Source of the DNA: Paraphysomonas bandaiensis
Lineage: Eukaryota > Protista > Chrysophyceae
Assembly (NCBI GenBank): GCA_965644295.1
Contig: CBFFRP010000581.1
Coordinates: 1 to 18,474 of the forward strand
Reading direction: 5' to 3'
Length of the DNA stretch: 18,474 nucleotides
Within the stretch, counting starts at the first letter, position 1, and each line of letters starts with the position of its first letter. The position numbers and the translations under genes are program-made. The notes beneath the pieces are model-generated. The model was not told the DNA's origin and did no database searches. It saw nothing but the letters and a program-made list of their open reading frames with translations. Positions 10,953 through 18,474 of this stretch are shown piece by piece.

Positions 10953-11092
10953 TATTCCGTTTTACCGCTATATGCTTATCGCCATTCATTCTCACAATAC
11001 GATTAACAAGACTACAACTGTATAATACAGTAATTTAAATTCCTTCTTATAACTACAGCTTTCAATTTCTCTCATATAGCAGAACTCAACAT
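10953..11092 (+). repeat. Dispersed direct repeat, copy 2 (~140 bp)
   Basis: Partner of 9291-9429. Confidence 0.88.
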
Positions 11093-11357
11093 TGCTCATG
11101 CCATAACTCTTCTATTTTTGTCTCCAGCAAGTTTCGGCTTTAGCCCAGGCGATTTTGATTCTTATTCATAATAATATGAATTTTGATCTCTTGAGCTGGT
11201 ACACCTCAGTCTAATACTTGACAAACTTCAGACGCTTGCCGTCCTTCTTCGCATAGTAAATTATTATAATAATATTACAATATACAAGAATAGAACTCAT
11301 AATTTTGCTCGTAATACATTGCCCGTATTGTCGTTTTAATTTTGTTAGAAGAGTAAA

Positions 11358-11509
11358 ATGATGATATAGTTATATTTAACCACGGGCAATAAGGAGGCTA
11401 TATCGTCCCGCGCTCAAAATTTTGAAACGAGGGCGAAAAGCCCGAGTTTTAAAATTTAGACAAGGGACGATACTCCTTATCCCTAGGTTAAATTGTAGCT
11501 TATCCTCAT
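11358..11509. mobile_element. Palindromic (foldback) non-autonomous element, ~150 bp
   Basis: The left arm ATTTAACC..ATAAGGAG..TATCGTCCC..AAATTTT..GGGC pairs with the right arm GCCC..AAAATTT..GGGACGATACTCCTTAT..GGTTAAAT around a GAAAA loop (centre 11431-11443). Confidence 0.7.
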
Positions 11510-12765
11510 GACGTTGAAATGTTAATATTACATTGTATATCTATTTGTAGCATGCTTGCTGTATTTCGAAATAGATGTTCCTTGATTAACATTAATAACA
11601 CAAATGAGAACTCATATAGTTTCAAATCAATGATATGTATACTGTAAGTGTGATGATAAATGCAAACAGTTGAAGGTGAGAGAGAGGCTTCTTATTGCCT
11701 TAATTAGCATCATCATCACATTTATATACAGCAGGCTTTACCTCTGCAAGTGCACCTGATCGAAAGATGTGTGTATGATATGAGACACACAATATCCTGA
11801 GAAGCACGATATGGCTCCAACCCTGAAACAACTGGGTGCCACTGCTCCTAACCACCTATATAGCATCAGATATGGTACTTAAACTCTCCTGTAATATTTT
11901 TGAAGTTGTTTCGAATTCCTGGATATGAAGACAGATCACTTGCACTGACCTCATTATGATCTTCTACAGCAGTCGAAGGATGGAATATAACTTGGAGTTA
12001 GATGATTTGCTCTTGATATTAGGCTTATGATTGTGGTTTCTCTATAATTGTGTACTGTAATGAAATCACGTACATACGACTGTCATTATCATAATGAAGA
12101 TAGAAATGAGCTTCTGTTGAACCGAATATTGAAGTTGAATATCTCTATTTGCCCGGTGCTGATATGAGCGCCCTGTTGAGTCAAAATCAGGTCAAAAAAA
12201 AGCTTTTTTTGAGACAAAATGGGGATAATAATATTATTTAAGTTACGTTTACGACTCTTTTTAAGTGACACGTCTGAGGTAGATGAAAGCAAGCATATTT
12301 CTATGAAAGATAAATGTTTACTTGAAACTATTGTTTCTGAAGGTTAATGGGATGGTTGTAGATAAAAATAATAATATATATAGAACAGAACTGATATAGC
12401 AGCATGTTGGGCAGGACTCAACCGCTCACGCTACCGGTCAACACAATCTTCTTGTACGTCCTTTAAGTTCCCTGTGAAAACGTCATGAAATCTGGAGCTA
12501 TATAATATATCACTGAGAACCATTATGTTATTGATAAGTGCTGGTCCAACACGTATTTATATTTTCTTGGAGACATCGACAGAACGCCGTAACAGAGGAC
12601 TGCTATGGAACAACGAAAACACTACCCTAATAAGATACCTATTCTTTACATCTACTGCTAGAAATAAGCCACTGAGAGTAACGCACTATTTCGACACGTG
12701 CACCACATTTACTGATGATTTCAATCCTCAGTAATTGGTACAGAACAGATGGAATGCACATGACA

Positions 12766-15244
12766 CTACGGAGACGGCGGAGATGAACTAGGAGGTGGAG
12801 GGACTTCATTATCATTTCCACACATCTTTGCTAACGGCGACGCACATGATGTTGACTCATCATCAAAGCACAGAGCGTCAGGTCTAATCGGAAGCGACGA
12901 GCTATCCGTGGTAGGGGCATCTGGATTGTCCCCATCTGCTGGAGATGACAAAGACATTGCCCGGTTAGTGATAGCTTTTCGAGCCAAAGGCGTCGTTTTC
13001 GCACTTTTCGGGGCAATCTTTCCTGAACCACCTGCATAGAGTGGTACTATTAGATATTACTAGATCACTGCAAAAAATAACAGCGATGTGTGGTACGTTA
13101 GATGACCACGTAATACAACGTGATGGTGCATTACACCACACCTGATGATGGTGAGCCAAAGCTTATTCGCTTTCGGAATTTATTGTAAGGTGTATTTATC
13201 ATCGGACTCTGGTCCCCTCCATGCATAATGGTCTTGAACTAAGAAATGGATGCAACGTATCACACACAAACAGGGCAGAAGAAACAAGTCAGCAAGTATA
13301 CAATACATGTTTCTATGGACAGTGGGGACAATTTAAACGATGATGCACAAGCTATACAGAGCAAGAATTACTCTTTCAACAACAGGGCACGGTTGCACTT
13401 AAAGATTGTATATACATACATTATCATACGAAATGCTGCTATTATCTGGGTCCAGATTCGCCTCCAACATCATTTGCCTAATTTCTTCATCCGTAGCATC
13501 TTTACCTAACAGATCCTTGATATCTTCAAATGTAATACAATCATGGTGTTTGGATAGCTTTTCGAACGCCACTCGCATGTTATTTTCTGTGATAGCCTGT
13601 CTGCTGAGAGTTGCTGCTAGGAACTGGTGATACTTAATCTTTGTTGCTCCCGTATAGTGATCGTGGTCAAATATCTGTTTCATATTGACGCTGGAGATCT
13701 GTCCCTGGCGCTGCAGCACATACTTCAAATCTGAATACAGTATTTCTCCTGAATTATCCTTGTCAAGCACTTTGAATTGCACCCGTAAGTTATTTATTTG
13801 CTCCGCATTGAGAGTGTGCGCTACAACCTCCATGCACAACTTCGTCAGAGCAGTACGTTTTTCAAAATTTACTAAACGCGCACAAATATTCAAAGAGGGA
13901 GAAGGGGCGTCTTCATCAAGCATGTGAAACCAGTCGTGTTCCAGTAGCGTGCGAGCGTCCGGACGTTTCTCAACATTTTTTGTCAAACATGAAGCAATAA
14001 AATTCTTAGCTGCCATTGATATCCCCTTGAAGCACTTGTCATCAAATACCACCCGCCCTTCTCGAACTGATCGAAGAGTTCCGAGATCATCCTTACCATA
14101 AAAAGGAGGAGTACCAGAGAGCAACATGTAGGCAATCACACCGATTGACCAAACGTCACATTTATTCGTATATGCTCCGCTTAAGACTTCTGGAGCCACA
14201 TAGTACGGAGTTCCCACTGGACTCACAATAACTTCGTTCTCCTGGAAAAACTGTGATAGGCCGAAATCGATAAGCTTCATTTGAGAGTCATCGTTAGTGT
14301 CCTCAAATAAAAAATTTTCGAGCTTTAGATCTACATAATCAGAGAAAGCACGTTAGCTCAACTAATAATGTAAAATAGGACAGGTAAAGGACAGCACCTC
14401 TATGAACAATGCTATGCTCGTGCAAGTAACGGATCGCGCTCAGCATGGTGTGTACATAGCCACATGCCACTCGTTCCGTGTAGTGGTGTCCAGACTGTGC
14501 ATGCAGCCTGTCTAAAAGTTCTCCTAAGTAACTGAAATCATGTACATAAACTTGAATCAGAACGCCTACCCCCTCTGCAGAGCTCGAGCACCAAACGGAT
14601 GCACTTCTTGTCTTCGAAACATTCATGCAATCGAATAATGTGTGGGTGGTCGACCTGAGCCATTATACGAATCTCTTGTCGGAGACCTTTAAGGGCGTCT
14701 GATTTAAGCTTTGCTTTCTCAAGAGTTTTAAGTGCGTACTCTATACCGGTCTGCACAAAAAATCATATGTTGTATTGTGTGTCTTCGGAATCGACTGCTA
14801 TAAAGAACACACAAACAGGCACCATAAATAGTCCAGCATTGTCGTTTAACCATGAACACAATCCACATATTATTTTAAATATACCATAACGTTTGACGTT
14901 GCCTAACCTGTCGATGTACACACATTCGAACAGACCCACTGATGCCTTCCCCTAAAATAGTGCCCTGGCTGGTGTCATAAAACTCAGAAATATCTAAATA
15001 TACAATACTCGTAAAACATCGTCAATATCATGAATACATTGACAGAACCTCGTTCATACTCCTCATGAACCATATTTTCTGTTTTTGTTTGAAGCGATCT
15101 CCGAGCCTTTGCATCTTGCTCTAAACGGGCAGCTTTCTTACTGCCTTTACTTACTTTCGCGATCTTCTGAGGGACGTCAGTGGGAAAAACTTCATCAGGC
15201 TTATCATCACTTTGCACTTTCTGCACGCTGGCTCCGCACCCCAT
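12766..15244 (-). CDS. CDPK: Calcium-dependent protein kinase (CDPK)-like kinase with N-myristoylation motif, junction domain, largely degenerate EF hands and Ser/Pro-rich tail; 7 exons, ~620 aa
   Basis: Exons 15244-15049, 14993-14908, 14750-14570, 14523-14398, 14330-13420, 13238-13142 and 13031-12766 sum to 1863 nt in frame. MGCGAS N-terminus. Kinase motifs LGEGISG, YALK, HRDLKLEN, DFG, GTPYYVAPE, DVWSIG. Junction region RLVNFEKRTALTKLCMEVVA; EF loop DKDNSGEILYSD. Confidence 0.93.
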
Positions 15245-15506
15245 AACTATGACTATCAGGAAACAAGTGCTCCTACTCCTACATCATGAACGGCACAGAG
15301 AAGCAAAGTGCCGAGATATCCGAGGCAGAATATACGTTCTTTCCGCCTGCTGATATCAACAAGGGATATACGTGAAAGCCTTTCAAATGCCAATGTAGAA
15401 TTTTTATTACTATTCGAGAGAATGTGGTCACCAATACCAGGCCAGCTATAGCTGGTGTTGATTGGAAGATGGAAGATGCATACGATGTATATGTACTGTA
15501 TATATA

Positions 15507-15566
15507 TACATACATACATGCATACATACATACATACATACATACCTACATACATACATACATACA
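15507..15566. repeat. Short (TACA)n tract, ~15 units, preceded by (TA)n
   Basis: TACA array with variants at 15520 and 15546, lying between the divergent CDPK and MYG1 starts. Confidence 0.92.
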
Positions 15567-15607
15567 CTGAGTTCGATGCAGCAAATGTGTGGATAACTCG
15601 GGCCTGG

Positions 15608-17282
15608 ATGCAACAATTTAAAAGAATCAAAATTGAATCTCCTGTTTCTGTCATGCTTGGGTTGCAAACGGCGTATGTGGAGATATTGAAAGGGTCTGTT
15701 ATTACGAGCAGCACTCCTGAAACAGCAGTGGAAGTGACCATTGGTACTCATGACGGGAGTTTCCATTGCGATGAGGCGTTGGCAATAGCGATGCTTAAAT
15801 TTCTTCCCCGGTACGAAGCTGCGACTGTTGTACGCTCTCGAAATCCGTCATTGTTGGACCCATGTACTATTGTGGTGGACGTTGGCGCTGTGTACAACCC
15901 GGACACTTTACGGTTCGATCATCACCAAAGGGAATTCAACCATACCCTGGAGGGTTATGAAACCAAGTTGTCTAGTGCAGGATTGGTATACAAGCACTTT
16001 GGAAAGGATATTATTCGCAGAATATTGGCGAATTGTGAAGGGCACACATATGGTATCTTCTATCTATACTTGGAAGTATATATCTCTTAATACAATTTAG
16101 ATGATTCAACTGTTGAAACCTTTTACCAGAAGATTTACAAAGGTGTGTATATTAGTGTGTATATGAATCACATGGTGATGTTCAACCATACCCCAAGTGT
16201 CTGTATTATACCGTCGCCAGAAGCTATGAGTATGTATCAATGTCTTTGCAACAATTCCGTATTGAGTATGTGTCATGGTATATGTCAATACACTCCTCGA
16301 AAATACTTATTTGTAATTATGCGTGACGTTGTATTAGTATGATAACCTAAGCGTGGCACTATATAGGCTTCATTGAGCACGTAGATGCTATCGACAATGG
16401 TATTCCTGTGGCGGATGGTCCACTTCGATACCAAGTTTCTTCTACTCTTTCTAGCCGAGTGGGCCATCTAAACCCCGCCTGGAATGAGCCACAGGGGACA
16501 GATGTGTGCAATAAGAAGTTTATTAGTGCAATGATACTCACTGGCACGGAGTTTTTGGAACGTGTATTGTCTCTAGCGACCTCTTGGTGGCCGGCTAGAC
16601 ACATTGTGAAGCAAGCTGTTGAGAAAAGACGTTCCATTCATACATCCGGGCAAATTGCGGTGCTAGAACAGTTCTGCCCTTGGAAGGAACACCTCTTTGA
16701 GCTGGAAATTGAGGTAAGTGGTCGTATACTTCGTTTCGCTTTCATATAGACATGACAGCTATGTTCCTCTTGTATATAATGCTTTGACATTTCACATTTT
16801 CAGTTATGTGGTGGCTGTGCTCCTATCCTGTACATGATATATGCTGATAGTGGGGGGAGTTGGAGGATACAGGTGAAATTACAATATAGTAGTGTGAAAT
16901 TTTATCGTACATATCCCCAGGCAGTTCCAGTTGACCCAGCTAGCTTTGATTCCCGAAAGAAGCTGCCTGAAGCATGGAGGGGTATCAGAGATGATAATTT
17001 GTCTGAACTGGTACGTAGGCTTGTGCCAAACATGCACAAGTCGTATGGATGCATTTGTGCCATCTTTGCAATCCCGTACATGTACACTGTGCTGTGTGTG
17101 CCCATTATTACATGCTATATATGCAGGTTGGTGCACCAGGTGCTATATTTGTACATGCAAGTGGCTTTATTGGCGGACATAAGACACTCGATGGTGCGCT
17201 TGCCATGGCAATTAAGGTATTTTGTCGAACTATTTGTATATACTTAATAGTGGTTTACTCCTAGGCACTGGAGATGAATTAG
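15608..17282 (+). CDS. MYG1: MYG1 family (UPF0160) exonuclease/metal-dependent hydrolase; 7 exons, ~366 aa
   Basis: Exons 15608-16052, 16101-16142, 16367-16713, 16804-16872, 16921-17010, 17127-17216 and 17265-17282 sum to 1101 nt in frame. Signature motifs IGTHDGSFHCDEALA, VVDVGAVY..FDHHQ, KLSSAGLVYKHFG, DAIDNG, LNPAWN, CPWKEHL, WRIQAV, LPEAWRG and FVHASGFIGG. The start codon is less certain than the rest of the model. Confidence 0.95.
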
Positions 17283-17743
17283 TGATTTCGAATGTATGAC
17301 TAGACAATATTTTAGTGCATATACCAACGAAACACCAAGCAAGAAACTTAGATTTCAAGTATTTCAATAAACAAAGTTTACTTCGTTTCTGGACATGTAG
17401 TTGTGGTATTCGAAGCATGAACAATATTTAGCACACAAAAAAATTAGAATGATGACCAGCGTCTTAATATATGTGCTTTGACATCAATAGATCGTTGCGT
17501 ATGAATATTCGATTGACAATTACCGTTGCTAACAAGACCCGACTGCGTATACTAGTGAATGTCTTATTATTAGCAATAGTCGTGTAATATTCAGTACTAA
17601 TGCAGCAAAACAATTTAACTAGTTAGTGCTTAACTCTGATATCTTTCTATTCAACATTACGGAAGCTGCTTGTGTGTCACCGCAAGAACTTTTGCTCTAT
17701 CACTCAAAGCAAACGCCATGAACATGCAGAATGTTGATATACC

Positions 17744-17966
17744 TATATTGAACGTCTTATTATTAGCAATAGGCGTTAAAAACCTGCCAACTTAGTAGCT
17801 AGATGGCGACGCACAAGCAGCTTCTGTAGCGCTAAATAGTAGGATAATAGAATTTGTGCTGATTAGTTATGGGTAGAGGTCTAACTAGTAGATCTAGCAT
17901 TCAACTAGCCACTATATTGGCACGAGTTTTTAACGCCTATTGCTAAATAACAAGACTTTCAATATA
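17744..17966. mobile_element. MITE-like element with ~60-bp terminal inverted repeats
   Basis: TATATTGAACGTCTTATTATTAGCAATAGGCGTTAAAAAC... pairs with ...GTTTTTAACGCCTATTGCTAAATAACAAGACTTTCAATATA. TA at both ends; no coding capacity. Confidence 0.72.
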
Positions 17967-18062
17967 TACGCGTAGTAGCTAGATGAATGCTAGACAAACT
18001 AGTTAGACCTCTACCTGTAACTAATCAGTACACACTTTTTTTATTCTACTATTCAACGCTAC
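17826..18062. repeat. Overlapping ~90-bp inverted repeat (17826-17914 vs 17973-18062) of the same family
   Basis: TGATTAGTTATGGGTAGAGGTCTAACTAGT..CTAGCATTCA pairs with TGAATGCTAG..ACTAGTTAGACCTCTACCTGTAACTAATCA. Confidence 0.8.
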
Positions 18063-18067
18063 GGTTA

Positions 18068-18329
18068 CCCTTAACGTGGGCCCATTCCCGGATGTCTGTT
18101 TACTCGTCAAGGTCCAAATACGTTTACACAAAAATGATGATTCTGTTAGTGCCCCTTGTATACCACACAAGCATTCGGCTATGAGTTTGCACAAAGTTAT
18201 CTGCTGGCTATATATAAAATATACGGCTCACGTTAGTTTCCCGAAGACACTAATAGAATCGTCACTTATGTAGACGAATTGGGACCTTGACGAATAGACA
18301 GACATCCGGGAATGGGCCCATTTTAAGGG
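18068..18329. mobile_element. Second MITE-like element (~262 bp) with ~83-bp terminal inverted repeats
   Basis: CCCTTAACGTGGGCCCATTCCCGGATGTCTGTTTACTCGTCAAGGTCC... pairs with ...GGACCTTGACGAATAGACAGACATCCGGGAATGGGCCCATTTTAAGGG around a ~96-bp spacer. Confidence 0.78.
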
Positions 18330-18474
18330 CATCAGAGGTATTGGATGAAGTCAAGCATCTGGGCTAGTTCACCTTAAGAACAGAGAGCGAAGTGGTTTCA
18401 CCTTGGTGCTTGCGGTGACGCACAAGCAGCTTTCGTAGCGCAGAATAGTAGGATGCCAGAGTTAAGAACTAGTT

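Larger units (their letters stand above)
17617..18474. repeat. Outer inverted-repeat pair (17617-17686 vs 18409-18474) enclosing a nested MITE-like cluster; runs off the window end
   Basis: AACTAGTT..CTTAACTCTG..GAAGCTGCTTGTGTGTCACCGCAAG is the reverse complement of CTTGCGGTGACGCACAAGCAGCTT..CAGAGTTAAGAACTAGTT. Confidence 0.8.

Noticed and set aside
9289-11092. LTR retroelement (TRIM-like) bounded by the 140-bp direct repeats; copy 2 reads TG...CA
   Set aside because: No primer-binding site, polypurine tract or target-site duplication is visible. Copy 1 lacks the TG, and weak similarity extends upstream of the supposed LTR boundary.
12192-12212. TC-A8-GC-T7-GA hairpin resembling an intrinsic terminator
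   Set aside because: This is a low-complexity palindrome in a eukaryotic spacer with no supporting context.
969-15244. Three-gene Ca2+/calmodulin cytoskeletal cluster including the CDPK
   Set aside because: The CDPK is separated from the myosin by a 3.8-kb repeat-filled convergent spacer and is paired with unrelated MYG1; only thematic similarity links it.
15286-15375. 29-codon ORF (MNGTEKQ...) as a possible first exon of MYG1
   Set aside because: It ends in TGA and I found no convincing splice path to the MYG1 frame. The ATG at 15608 already gives a normal-length MYG1.
16873-16920. In-frame, stop-free 48-nt segment read as a protein insertion in MYG1
   Set aside because: It has GT...CAG ends, and its removal restores the conserved WRIQAV motif, so it is an intron.
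1-18474. CRISPR arrays, rRNA/tRNA genes or prokaryotic operons
   Set aside because: No repeat-spacer periodicity or recognisable structural RNA was seen; the spliceosomal introns and telomere show this is a eukaryotic nuclear locus.

Overview
This is a eukaryotic chromosome end from an intron-rich protist using the standard code; TTAGGG telomeres plus a CDPK suggest an ochrophyte/stramenopile, which is an inference. From the left come a ~15-nt remnant resembling a nanopore adapter, ~625 bp of (CCCTAA)n telomere and almost no subtelomere. Four spliced genes follow, arranged as two head-to-head pairs. Pair 1 is a minus-strand FERM + proline-rich + 2xIQ protein (its IQ tail is hidden by a probable 1-nt homopolymer frameshift) and a plus-strand ~1404-aa unconventional myosin with no IQ motif, a long helical tail, and degenerate WW and PH domains. 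Pair 2 is a minus-strand myristoylated CDPK-like kinase with degenerate EF hands and plus-strand MYG1. Both divergent spacers contain a (TACA)n tract (~240 and ~15 units). The spacers downstream of genes (9.0-12.7 kb and 17.3-18.5 kb) instead hold decayed palindromic/MITE-like repeats. The most interesting signals are a possible 'split myosin' pair (a motor lacking IQ/FERM beside a motor-less FERM-IQ protein), myosin-VI-like inserts in the motor, and TACA tracts marking bidirectional promoters. All gene models were spliced by hand from GT-AG sites and frame continuity; no database searches were run.
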